Assembly (NCBI GenBank): GCA_964412965.1
Contig: CAYPQU010000003.1
Location: forward strand, 2,788-66,787
Source of the DNA: an uncultured Candidatus Saccharibacteria bacterium
GTDB lineage: Bacteria > Patescibacteriota > Minisyncoccia > Phycocordibacterales > UBA9973
Direction of reading: 5' to 3'
Length of the DNA stretch: 64,000 nt
The notes below the pieces were generated by a model. The model saw only the letters and a program-made list of their open reading frames with translations. It was not told the origin of the DNA and searched no databases. How positions within the stretch are numbered: position 1 is the stretch's first letter; each line of letters begins with the position of its first letter. Below, in pieces: positions 32,179 through 42,500 of this stretch. The translations under genes and the position numbers were made by a program.

Positions 32179-32229
32179 TCGAGGTCTTGCCTAGTATGAG
32201 GTCGGACCTCGTACTAGGCAAGACCTCGA
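32179..32229. repeat. near-perfect 51-bp REP-like palindrome next to a DnaA box
   Basis: TCGAGGTCTTGCCTAGTATGAGGTC-G-GACCTCGTACTAGGCAAGACCTCGA; TTATCCACA at 32233-32241. Confidence 0.9.
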
Positions 32230-32263
32230 CTGTTATCCACAGATTTTTAGTTTTTATGGTTTG

Positions 32264-33130
32264 TTATTGTATATTAAAAAGTTTTTGAGCGTTTTTTACT
32301 ATTTGCAAAGCCACTTCTTCTGTGGGAACATTTTTTATCTCAGCAATCTTGGCGACTATGTCTTTGACATATACCGGCTCGTTTCTTTTCCCCCTGTTTG
32401 GAACTGGAGCGACATATGGGCTATCTGTATCAGCAAAAATTCGATCGAGTGGCACCTGTCTTATTATTTGATCATTATCAATTCCTCTTGGATTATTCTT
32501 TTTAGGTGGGTATGTTATCACTCCTGCAAAAGATATATAGAAACCAAAATCTATAAAATCTATAGCATCTTTTAATTCTCCAGCAAAAAAATGAACTACT
32601 CCTTTAACTCTTGCGTGTTTTTTCAAAATCTCTAGAGCATCTTGATATGCACTTGTTGATAAATCTTCTTCACTATTTCTTAAATGGAGCATTAGTGGTA
32701 AATTTAATTCGTTAGCCAATTCTATTTGTGCAATGAATGCCTCTTTTTGTTTTTCCAATTCACCTTTTTTGATATGAAAATAATCTAAACCACATTCTCC
32801 AACCGCAACAACTTTCCCTTCTTTATATAATTTTCTATAATTTTCTTTATCAAAAACTTCCCCGTGCGTTGCAAATTCTTTACTATAAACACCAAGCTCG
32901 TCTTGATCTGCATAAGAAGACGATGTGTGAGTCGGATGAAGACCGATAGTGGCATATATTCCACACTTGTATTTTTTTGCTATCTCCACCGCTTTTAAAG
33001 ATGTATCAAGCTGGGTGCCAATGTTTATAACCCAAGTATCATTATCTATCGCTCGTCGAAGAACGTCTTTTCGATCTTCATCGAAAAGCACAAAGTTTAC
33101 ATGGGCATGGATATCTATATATTTAGGCAT
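32264..33130 (-). CDS. tatD: TatD family nuclease
   Basis: DIHAH, GLHP, GECGLDY, HFF, TDSPY..P..RGKRNEP motifs. Confidence 0.93.
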   Translation of the reverse strand: MPKYIDIHAHVNFVLFDEDRKDVLRRAIDNDTWVINIGTQLDTSLKAVEIAKKYKCGIYATIGLHPTHTSSSYADQDELGVYSKEFATHGEVFDKENYRKLYKEGKVVAVGECGLDYFHIKKGELEKQKEAFIAQIELANELNLPLMLHLRNSEEDLSTSAYQDALEILKKHARVKGVVHFFAGELKDAIDFIDFGFYISFAGVITYPPKKNNPRGIDNDQIIRQVPLDRIFADTDSPYVAPVPNRGKRNEPVYVKDIVAKIAEIKNVPTEEVALQIVKNAQKLFNIQ

Positions 33131-33131
33131 T

Positions 33132-34601
33132 TTATTGTTTTCTTAAAAACAAAGGGTTTTCTGGTTTTTTATTCTCTCGAATTAATTCTTGAATTTTTCT
33201 TGATGTTTCAGGTAAAAATGGTTCAAGAGAAAGAGCGTTCCCGTATAAGTGATATAATAAGTAGTGAACATCATTTTTTGCACCCTCTTCATCAATTTTT
33301 ATCTTTTTAAAAGGTTCAGTTTTTTGAATATATTCATCTAGTGTTCGAAGACTAAACCAGATTTTATTTATGAATTTATTTATATCAAAAGATTCTAAAT
33401 CAGAAATTTCTTCTGTAAAAGACTTCATTTGCAGTTCCTCTTGGCTTAATTTAACATCATAGTTTGTCGCCATGGTCATTACACGACTTGTTAAGTTACC
33501 TAGCCCGTTTGCCAATCCTGAATTATATGCATCTTTAAATCTTTCTATCGTAAAAGGACTATCTTCAAAACTACTAATTTCTTTTAGCATAAAAAATCTT
33601 AGTGCGTCGACGCCATACTCTTCGACGACATCTCTTGGGTCAAATGAATTTCCTAGCGATTTAGACATTCGAACTCCACCCTCTCCTGTAATAAAACCAT
33701 TGACTACTATTTGGTGAGAGGTGGGAAGGCCTGCCGCCAAAAGCATTGCCTGCCACATTGCACTTTGAAAACGAGTATTGTCTTTACCACAATACTGAGT
33801 AGGAGTTCCCTCTTTCCAGTATTTAATAAATTTTTCTGACTTTTCTAAATCTTCTAAGGTTTCAACTCCTTCCTCTGCTAATGTTGAAACATAGTTAGTC
33901 AGTGCATCAAACCAGACATACATAACCTGGGTATCGTCTTCTGGTACAGGTATCCCCCATGGCATTTTTTCTTTCAATCGTGATATTGAAAAATCTTGTA
34001 GTCCTGCGTTAACGAAATTTTTAATTTCATTTAAGCGAAAATCTGGAACGACAAAATTAGGATTTTTCTCATATAGGTCTAATAATTTTTCTCCAAAAGC
34101 AGAGTACTTAAAGAAATAATTTTCTTCTTCTATTACCTTCAAATCCATATTGGGGTGATCTTTACATCTATCGTTTTCAAGATCAGAATCAGTTTTCTCG
34201 CTTTCACACCCTACACAGTATTTTGCACTATAATTTTTTTTATAAATATAACCGTTTTCTTTTACCCTGCTCCAAAAAGACTGGGCTATTTTAATATGTT
34301 TTTCATCTGTCGTGCGAATAAAATTAATATCTTCGCTTAATCCAAAAATCTTTATTTGCTCTTTAAAGGTTTTAAAGTTCTTGTCTAGGAAATCTTGAAC
34401 AATCATTCCTTCTTCTCTAGCTTTCTCAAAAATTTTGACTCCATGTTCATCTGTCCCGGTATTAAAATAAACATCATATCCCAAAAGCTTTTTGTATCTG
34501 ACAATACTGTCAGCTCTTATAAACTCTAAGGCGTGCCCCATGTGTAGTGGAGCGTTTATATATGGTAATGTTGTTGTTAAGAATAAAGTTTTATTTTTCA
34601 T
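33132..34601 (-). CDS. metG: methionine--tRNA ligase (short form)
   Basis: LPYINAPLHMGH, GTDEHG, YVWFDAL, RMSKS. Confidence 0.95.
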   Translation of the reverse strand: MKNKTLFLTTTLPYINAPLHMGHALEFIRADSIVRYKKLLGYDVYFNTGTDEHGVKIFEKAREEGMIVQDFLDKNFKTFKEQIKIFGLSEDINFIRTTDEKHIKIAQSFWSRVKENGYIYKKNYSAKYCVGCESEKTDSDLENDRCKDHPNMDLKVIEEENYFFKYSAFGEKLLDLYEKNPNFVVPDFRLNEIKNFVNAGLQDFSISRLKEKMPWGIPVPEDDTQVMYVWFDALTNYVSTLAEEGVETLEDLEKSEKFIKYWKEGTPTQYCGKDNTRFQSAMWQAMLLAAGLPTSHQIVVNGFITGEGGVRMSKSLGNSFDPRDVVEEYGVDALRFFMLKEISSFEDSPFTIERFKDAYNSGLANGLGNLTSRVMTMATNYDVKLSQEELQMKSFTEEISDLESFDINKFINKIWFSLRTLDEYIQKTEPFKKIKIDEEGAKNDVHYLLYHLYGNALSLEPFLPETSRKIQELIRENKKPENPLFLRKQ

Positions 34602-34606
34602 AATTA

Positions 34607-35671
34607 TTAAATTTGTTTTTCTATTTTTTTCTTTTCTAGGTCATCCAAGAATTCCAATAAACAAACTGATACAGGTATCGCCAAAACTACTCCAAGGAAA
34701 CCAGCTAATTCATAGCCAATAATTATTGATAAAATAACAACTAAAGGAGAAATACCAATGATTTTTTTAATAATTAACGGATAAATCAAATAAGTCTCAA
34801 ACTGGTGCAAAATAAAGTATAACGCAAACGAAAGAAGGGCCATTGTGATACCTCCATCTAAAAATCCAAACAGCGCCACAGGGACTACTGCCACAAAAAT
34901 ACCATAAGGTATGAGTTCTAGTAACGCCGTTAAAATAGCCAAGACCAGAGAATATTTAACCCCTAAAATTGTAAGCCCTAAATATGCCAAAACTCCTATA
35001 ATTAATCCCAAAAGCATTTGTCCTTGCATCCAAAGACCAATCTTTCTCTCTGTCCTTTGCCAGAGACTTATTACATACTCTTCTTGTTTTTTAGGAGTTA
35101 CTACTCTTAAAAAATTCTCTATACCCTTTTCTGTAATCGATAGATAGAAAGATATTATTAAAATGAAACCAAAATTAACCACTCCGCCAAATGCACCACC
35201 AAATACATCCATGAAACCTCCAGACATACTATCAATCAATGTTTTGAAACTAGAGATAACCTCTCCGATAGAAGCATTTTTTGATATGCTTGAAAAAATG
35301 TCTTTGGCCCCGGTCAACGTATCAGGTTGAAATGTATTAAAGACGCTACTGTTGGGTATGTACTGACTTAGAGAAGAAACTAGACTTGACATTTCTCTTA
35401 TGAAAACAGGCATAAAAACTGATGACAAGCCTACAATCAAAGATATCGCTATGGCGTAGACAAGAAAAACCGCAAAAGACCTGTTCTTTATGTATGGCTT
35501 AAGTTTTCTAACCGCTGACTCAACAAATGAAGCTATCACTATTGCCACCAGAATAATCAGAATAATATTATAAAGCTTATAAAGAGCTAAACAAATTAAT
35601 GAAAAAACAATCAACTTAACGAAGCTTTTGTTTGATATATTTATTTGTGGGCTTTTTATACTTCCTTCCAT
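34607..35671 (-). CDS. AI-2E family transporter
   Basis: Multi-TM; WMQGQ, ELIPY, QFETYLIYP, GISP, LAIP motifs. Confidence 0.88.
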   Translation of the reverse strand: MEGSIKSPQINISNKSFVKLIVFSLICLALYKLYNIILIILVAIVIASFVESAVRKLKPYIKNRSFAVFLVYAIAISLIVGLSSVFMPVFIREMSSLVSSLSQYIPNSSVFNTFQPDTLTGAKDIFSSISKNASIGEVISSFKTLIDSMSGGFMDVFGGAFGGVVNFGFILIISFYLSITEKGIENFLRVVTPKKQEEYVISLWQRTERKIGLWMQGQMLLGLIIGVLAYLGLTILGVKYSLVLAILTALLELIPYGIFVAVVPVALFGFLDGGITMALLSFALYFILHQFETYLIYPLIIKKIIGISPLVVILSIIIGYELAGFLGVVLAIPVSVCLLEFLDDLEKKKIEKQI

Positions 35672-35727
35672 ATCTAAAAGAATAATACCACATTTTAATG
35701 ATATTTTAAATGTGGTATTAATCGATT

Positions 35728-37029
35728 TTATTGATTCATTCTTTCTTTTATGTAATCAATTAGGTCGTCTTTTTTAATTCTCTCCTGAAAAGCGGTGTCT
35801 CTGTTTCGAATTGTTACGGTATCATTTTCTAGCGTTTCAAAATCTACAACAATACACCACGGTGTCCCTATTTCATCTTGTCTTCTGTATCGCTTTCCAA
35901 TATTTCCATTGTCATCCCACATGACTCTTCCAAATTCATCTTTTAGACTTCTGTAAACTATTCGAGCGTAGTCTTTTAATTCTGGTTTATTTTTTAGTAA
36001 AGGAGAAACAGCACATATAACAGGAGCTATCGACGGCTTAAACGCTAGATAAGGTCTGGGTTCTTCTCCATTTTTGTCTTCTTTATAAGCTCCTACCAAT
36101 ATAGCTAGTACAGTTCTGTCTACTCCCAAAGAAGGCTCTATAACATGCGGAACAATTTTTTCATTGGTTTCCTCGTCTTGATACGTCAAATCATGTCTAC
36201 TTAAATCAAAATCTGTTCTATAAGCCAAACCGTATAATTCTTTTCTTCCAAAAGGAAAATCAAATTCAAAATCTATCGTTCTTTTTGAATAATGGGCTAG
36301 ACTTTCTACTGGAACTTCCAATTCATGCACCTTAGTCATATCAAGACCAATTTCTTCCATCCACTCAATCATTTCTGTTCTCCAATATTCAAAATAATTT
36401 TCCCAATTATCTCCCTTCAAAAAATATTCTATTTCCATTTGTTCGAACTCTCTGACTCTAAATATAAAATCTCGAGGGGTTATTTCGTTACGAAAAGCTT
36501 TACCAATTTGAGCAAGTCCGAAAGGAAGTTTTGGGTGAAAAGAATCTACAATATTTTTAAAATTAACAAACATCCCTTGTGCTGTTTCTGGCCTCAAATA
36601 AATAGTGGCAGAAGTATCCTCTACGGCCCCTATTTGCGTCTTAAACATCATATTGAAGGCCTTAGGGGCTCCTACAGCGCTTCCACATTCATCACACATT
36701 CCTGGCTCTTTCAAGGTGTCTTCTCTAAAACGCCTTTTACACTTAGTACATTCTACCAACGGGTCAGTGAAAGTATCTACGTGACCAGAAGCTTTCCAAA
36801 CTGCAGGATGCATTAAAATAGCAGCATCAACTCCATACATATCTTCTCTTCCGTCAACAAATTTTTTCCACCAAGAATTTTTTATGTTATTTTTTAGAGC
36901 AACTCCCAAGTGTCCGTAATCCCAAGTTCCTGCCAATCCTCCATATATTTCAGAACCTTGATAAATAAATCCTCTTCTCTTCGATAAAGAGATTATAGAT
37001 TCCATAATTTTATTATCTTCTTTTTTCAT
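35728..37029 (-). CDS. glyQS: glycine--tRNA ligase (homodimeric, archaeal/eukaryotic type)
   Basis: YLRPETAQG, GKAFRNEITPR, FRVREFEQME, IGKRYRRQDEIGTP. Confidence 0.95.
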   Translation of the reverse strand: MKKEDNKIMESIISLSKRRGFIYQGSEIYGGLAGTWDYGHLGVALKNNIKNSWWKKFVDGREDMYGVDAAILMHPAVWKASGHVDTFTDPLVECTKCKRRFREDTLKEPGMCDECGSAVGAPKAFNMMFKTQIGAVEDTSATIYLRPETAQGMFVNFKNIVDSFHPKLPFGLAQIGKAFRNEITPRDFIFRVREFEQMEIEYFLKGDNWENYFEYWRTEMIEWMEEIGLDMTKVHELEVPVESLAHYSKRTIDFEFDFPFGRKELYGLAYRTDFDLSRHDLTYQDEETNEKIVPHVIEPSLGVDRTVLAILVGAYKEDKNGEEPRPYLAFKPSIAPVICAVSPLLKNKPELKDYARIVYRSLKDEFGRVMWDDNGNIGKRYRRQDEIGTPWCIVVDFETLENDTVTIRNRDTAFQERIKKDDLIDYIKERMNQ

Positions 37030-37049
37030 TTTTGTAATTTTATAATTTA

Positions 37050-38933
37050 TTAATTTGATACTCGTCCATTTTCTGAACCACCAGATACTCCACTAACAGA
37101 AGAAATATAGAGGCTGTTCATCGTACTTCCAACTTGTGATCCAGAATAAGTATCTGTACCAGTTAGTGAAATATTTTGTATCAGAACTGGCGTCTGTCCG
37201 ATTTGAGAAAGCGAGGGTTTGAAATTTAAAATAAAGGAAACTTCTCTGTTTGAATCCACCCCTGTACCGGGAGAGACTGTTCCTATTTTCCAAGTTATTT
37301 GCCTGTTTTCTTTATTGTAAGAAATATTTTCTTTTGTACCCGCCACAAAACCAACCCAGTCTGCATAAATAGGCAAGTTTGCGCTCACGCTAGCTTGACT
37401 AACACTATTTGTCGAATTAGATAATGTCCAAGTAACTAAATAGTTGGTATTACCTTCTGCTCTTGGAGGCAAATCCCCAGAAAGATACGTCAGAGATGAA
37501 GCAACCTGGAAATCAGTATTTAGCTTAATTATTTTTTCAGTAAAATTATCTACATTAGAAAAACTAGAACCATACAAAGGTTGTTTTCCTTTAATGCTTA
37601 CACTTATTTCTGCTTGAGGATTTTTAACACCAGAAAGACTAGTTAGGCGTAGTGGGGTGATATCAAATGAAACTTTTCCAGTCGCTCCTGGTCCGATGGA
37701 CCCAAGCTCTCTCATGGTGCTTTTATTCCAAATTATTTGGCTATTTAAAGAATCATAATATCCATTCTTTTCTTCAATATCATTTTTATTAATAATATTT
37801 CCGCTTATATGAGCAATAATTTCGGCATCGTTAACGCTTGTCGATAAATTATTTTTCCAAGTAATATCAACAGAAACTTCCTTACCTCCATCAACTGCGT
37901 ATTCCTCCAAATCCTGATTATTAACCAAAACTTTTACTTCCAAGAATGGGTTTTCTATAACCATCTTTTGTAAAACAGAACTATAAACTACTCCTATCTT
38001 GGATGTATCTTTGCTGTCCATTGTTCCAACATATGAGTGAAAAACTTGTTCGTCTCCAGTCTGTCCCATTATCCTACCTTTTATCTCTATAGTCAGAGGT
38101 GTGGTTGGAGATATGGTGGATAAATCCCACACATAATTATCATTCATTGGAAGAGGGTTAGCGGTTTCTAGGATAAAGTTACTTGGATGTCTTAGTTGTA
38201 AAATTAGATTCTCGCTAGGAAGAGTTGTGTTTAGAGAAGTCGTAATCTTCAAAGAAATTGGCTGATTCGCGATGATACTACTAGGTGCTTCCATTTTTAA
38301 AGAAACAGGAGCCACACTAATAGTTATTGGATAATATTTTTCTTTTGTGAAAACAGCATTTGAACCTTCTGGTTGATATTCAAGCGCAGCCCTAATGTTT
38401 TTTATTGATTTTTCTGCTCCATACAGTCTTACTCGAACATTTCTAACTACCGTTTCTCCGGGCTTAATAACACCGATCTCATCTTTTTCTAGTCGCATTA
38501 TTTCTGAATCATCATTTGCCCCCTTAGGATATTCAATAATCAAATCTGCTGATTCTAAGCTAGCATTATTTCTATTAGTGATTTCAACTTGCAAAGACAA
38601 ATCTTCCCCTCCTTTTGTAAAAGAATTACCCATTATCTCTAAATCTATCTTATTGCTTGAGACAGTTGATTCGTCTAAGAAAAATTTATATGTTGTATAT
38701 CCTACGGCTCCCAAGAAAAAGATAATTGATAAAATAAAGAATTTTTTAAAGAATGAAGTTTGGGTTTTTTTATTTTTTTTAGGCATATCTACTTCTTTTG
38801 GTTTATCCCATTCGTCTTTGACATCATATCTCTGTTCTCTTAGAACCCCCCTTCTGTGACTGAAGGATTCATCGTATTTGGGATCGTATAGTTTTCTTTT
38901 TAAATCTTCAATTTTTCCTTTATTTTCTGACAT
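37050..38933 (-). CDS. large membrane-anchored beta-rich hypothetical protein
   Basis: One TM near the N-terminus followed by repeated Ig-like beta segments (W-x-I-G-x-V-x-PG). Confidence 0.75.
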   Translation of the reverse strand: MSENKGKIEDLKRKLYDPKYDESFSHRRGVLREQRYDVKDEWDKPKEVDMPKKNKKTQTSFFKKFFILSIIFFLGAVGYTTYKFFLDESTVSSNKIDLEIMGNSFTKGGEDLSLQVEITNRNNASLESADLIIEYPKGANDDSEIMRLEKDEIGVIKPGETVVRNVRVRLYGAEKSIKNIRAALEYQPEGSNAVFTKEKYYPITISVAPVSLKMEAPSSIIANQPISLKITTSLNTTLPSENLILQLRHPSNFILETANPLPMNDNYVWDLSTISPTTPLTIEIKGRIMGQTGDEQVFHSYVGTMDSKDTSKIGVVYSSVLQKMVIENPFLEVKVLVNNQDLEEYAVDGGKEVSVDITWKNNLSTSVNDAEIIAHISGNIINKNDIEEKNGYYDSLNSQIIWNKSTMRELGSIGPGATGKVSFDITPLRLTSLSGVKNPQAEISVSIKGKQPLYGSSFSNVDNFTEKIIKLNTDFQVASSLTYLSGDLPPRAEGNTNYLVTWTLSNSTNSVSQASVSANLPIYADWVGFVAGTKENISYNKENRQITWKIGTVSPGTGVDSNREVSFILNFKPSLSQIGQTPVLIQNISLTGTDTYSGSQVGSTMNSLYISSVSGVSGGSENGRVSN

Positions 38934-38960
38934 AAAAGCATTATATCATAAAAAGATATT

Positions 38961-39545
38961 TTATAATTGGCTTTCAAGAAGAGCCTTGTTTATGTGGGCG
39001 ATTATTGACTGTCTTTCTTTTAGTAAGTCTTTTGTTTTCTCCTTGTTAAAAGAAGATCCTAAATATTTTATCAAAATCGAAGAGTCTCCTATATAACCAA
39101 GCTCATTCATGATTCTTAAGACAAGATGGAGCTCTATCGCTTCTCTTGTATCATTTTCAACTTCATCGTCTAATATATAAATTGACTGAATAAGTTCATC
39201 AAAAATTTTTTGATTTACGGATTCTGCTCCACAAAATCTATCGACAAGAGAAGAGATACGGGCAACCAAAAGCAGTGAATCTTTATTTGCTCTTGCCAAT
39301 GGAAAAGTATTTATGCTTTTGGCTGAAGTGACCCTCCAAACCTCTTTCCCTTTTACAAAATCAATATTAGCATATGAAAAATCCTGAAGTATAGATTTTA
39401 ACTTTGATTTATTTAATCTTATTCCCTGCACCATTGCACGCACAAGCCCCAACTCTCTAGTGAAAATTGTAATCATTTTATTAGCTTCACCGACATTACG
39501 TGAAGACAAAATAAATCCTTGCGTGTGATAAATATGATGATGCAT
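38961..39545 (-). CDS. recO: DNA repair protein RecO
   Basis: GEANK..FTRELG..QGIR..SKL N-terminal OB-fold pattern. Confidence 0.85.
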   Translation of the reverse strand: MHHHIYHTQGFILSSRNVGEANKMITIFTRELGLVRAMVQGIRLNKSKLKSILQDFSYANIDFVKGKEVWRVTSAKSINTFPLARANKDSLLLVARISSLVDRFCGAESVNQKIFDELIQSIYILDDEVENDTREAIELHLVLRIMNELGYIGDSSILIKYLGSSFNKEKTKDLLKERQSIIAHINKALLESQL

Positions 39546-39563
39546 ATTAAATTCGGATTAGTT

Positions 39564-42500
39564 TTATTTTACCACCTTAATTACAAAAGTTAAATCTGCA
39601 ATTTTTACTTCTGTCCCTTCGTTGTCTTTATATTCTATCGCCTTAGCAGATACTAATTTTTGAATATTTTCCTTAAACTTTTCTATCAAACCCTGCCCTT
39701 CTTCGTTAGTTTTAATCAAGAGCGTAATTAGATCGTTTGGATTTAAATCGTTTTTCTTTCTTATGTCTTGAATAGCTCTAACCAACTCTCTGTAATTTCC
39801 TTCTTTCTTTAAATCTTCGGTTATGTTTATATCCAAGATAACTTCGAGCTCTTGCCCTTCTTCAAATTTAACATTTTTAATGTTCAACTCATCTTTTAGA
39901 ATAGAGACATACTCTTCTTTTAAGTTATATTTTTTAACAGTTATTTCTTGCAGAGGTTGTCTTACGGGGATTGAGGCCTTTTGTCTATTTTGTAATCCCA
40001 AAGTTACGATCTCTCGTAGCTCCTTCATGTCTTCAATAACCTTATCATCGTAAGCGAATCCTTCTGGCCACTCTCCGAGGTGGACGCTCATGGAATCATT
40101 TTCTAATTTTAATTTTTGCCAAATATCTTCAGCGGAAAAAGGAGCAAATGGCGCCATTAATTTTGCCATTGTTTTAAATACAAAATAAATAGTTTGTTTG
40201 GCTTCTATGTCTCCCTCTTTTATTCTGTCTCTTGAGCGACGTAAATACCAAGTAGATAAATCGTCAATAAAGCCTCTCATCGCTCTCGCAGGTTCTAGTA
40301 ATTTATAATTTTCTAAGTTTTCTGTTGATACTTTTATCAATTCTCCCAGTCTAGATAATATCCAAATATCTAAGACGTTTTTACTGTTTGGTTTATCACT
40401 TGTTACTATTTTTGTATCTCTATACAACTCATAAAAAGCAAAAACATTGTAAAACAAATTGAAGAACTTGTTATTCAATTCTGCAACTGTTTTTTCATCA
40501 AAGTTTTTTGGTTCCCCAGGTTGGTTTATTGAATACATCCAGAGTCTTAAAGTATCAACTCCATATTTATCTGACATTTCCCAAGGATCAACTCCGTTGC
40601 CGAGAGATTTAGACATCTTCTTTCCATTGGCGTCGAGAACCAACCCGAGACAAATCACATTTTTAAATGCTTTTCCTTTACCCATGATTGTTCCTACTGC
40701 ATGTAACGTATAGAACCACCCTCTTGTTTGGTCTATCCCCTCACTGATGAAGTCTGCAGGATAAGCAATATCTGTAGTACTAAAAGGATAATGGCTTTGA
40801 GCAAAAGGCATTGACCCGGAATCCAGCCAGACGTCCATAACTTCTTTTGCTCTTTCTAATTTTCCACCACAATCGCAAACAACATCCACTTCATCAATAT
40901 ATGGTCTGTGCAAGTCTAGTTCATAATTTTCATCATGAGGAATTGGTTTAAAATCAAGCTCTCTAATTTCTGAATTAACAAGACAAGAGAAATCTTTTAG
41001 CATGGAGAGCGTTTGCCTTGCTCCATATCCGTTTATTCCCGCAAGCATCAACCAAGCTGGTCCCCCATGTGTTACGATTAAAATATTTTTACCTTGATAT
41101 TTATTTTCTAGGCCGTACAAGAAGTCCATTGATCTTTTTCTAAGCTCATTCCAAGTCTCACTTCCTTCTTCTGTTTTATAGAAGTTCTCTTCTGTGTTTG
41201 GATAATCATTGTGATAATCTTGCCAAGTTTTACCTTCATATTTAGAGACCTTGTATTCAGTTAGACTTTCATCAATTAAAATATTTTTTTCGTCATATCC
41301 CAATATTTTCGCTACTTCTATGGCAGTTTCTCTTGCTCTTGTTACAGGTGAAGAAATAATTAAATCTATTTTTTCATTTTTTAATTTTTCTGCATTATTT
41401 CTTGTCTCATTGACACCCTTTTCCGTTAGATGACTAACTCGATATTCATCAGAAGTATTTATTTTTCCGTCTAAATTATTTTCAGATTCACCATGACGCA
41501 TTACAAAATATTTATTACCAGAAGTTTTTGCTTTGGATTTTATATCTTCAACTCCACCTAGGACTTCTATTTTGCCACAAGTATCACATTTCCAGACAGG
41601 AAGCGGAGTCCCCCAATATCTTTCTCGAGAGATTGCCCAATCTTTAATATCTTTTAGCCACTCTCCAAAACGCCCTTCTTTAATATATGAAGGCTCCCAA
41701 TTTATATTTTCATTTTCTTTAACCATCTTGTCTTTAAGCGCAGACATTCTGATATACCAAGAATCTCGCGCATAATATATAAGAGCTGTTTTACATCTCC
41801 AGCAATGAGGGTAAGTGTGTTCGTACTTTTCTTTCTTATGCAAAAGTCCTTTTCCTGCCAAATCTTTTATTATATCGACAGCCACATCTTCGTCTCGAAC
41901 AAATCTATCTTTTAGAAAATCAGTTCCTTCCAGGAATTTTCCATCAAGCCCAACAAGATGACATTTAGGTAATCCTACTTTATTGCCAAGCTCAAAGTCG
42001 TCTTGACCATACATGGGAGCAATATGCACCACCCCTGTTCCGTCTTCTGTAGTCACAAAATCCGCTCCATATATTTTATAAGCATTTTCCATTTTTTCAG
42101 CTTCTTCTTTCGATGCTATTGCTTTTGTATACGGATATAGTGGTTCATATGAAAGACCAATTAAATCTTTCCCTTTTAATTCTTCTACAATATTATATTC
42201 TCCTTCCAAAACAGAAAGTCGTGATTTCGCAAGAATTAAAAATTCTCCATTTTGTTCTACGCGAACATAATCAATATCTTCTCCAACTGCCAAGGCGACA
42301 TTTGAAGGAAGAGTCCAAGGAGTTGTCGTCCAAACTAATATGTGAATTTCTTCGCCTGTATGCTTATGCGAATGGTCTGGCTCCGGCTCTTGTCCCCCTC
42401 GTCCGAGGACCTGAGCAGAAGCATCAGGCGAAGAAACCTGGAAACTCGAAGCTCCTGTTAATTTAAATTTCACGTACACGGTTATATCTTTCACATCCTG

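Noticed and set aside
4514-34601. Short DnaX, IF2, RelA and MetRS as pseudogenes
   Set aside because: Catalytic cores are intact with clean ends; such shortened forms are typical of streamlined genomes
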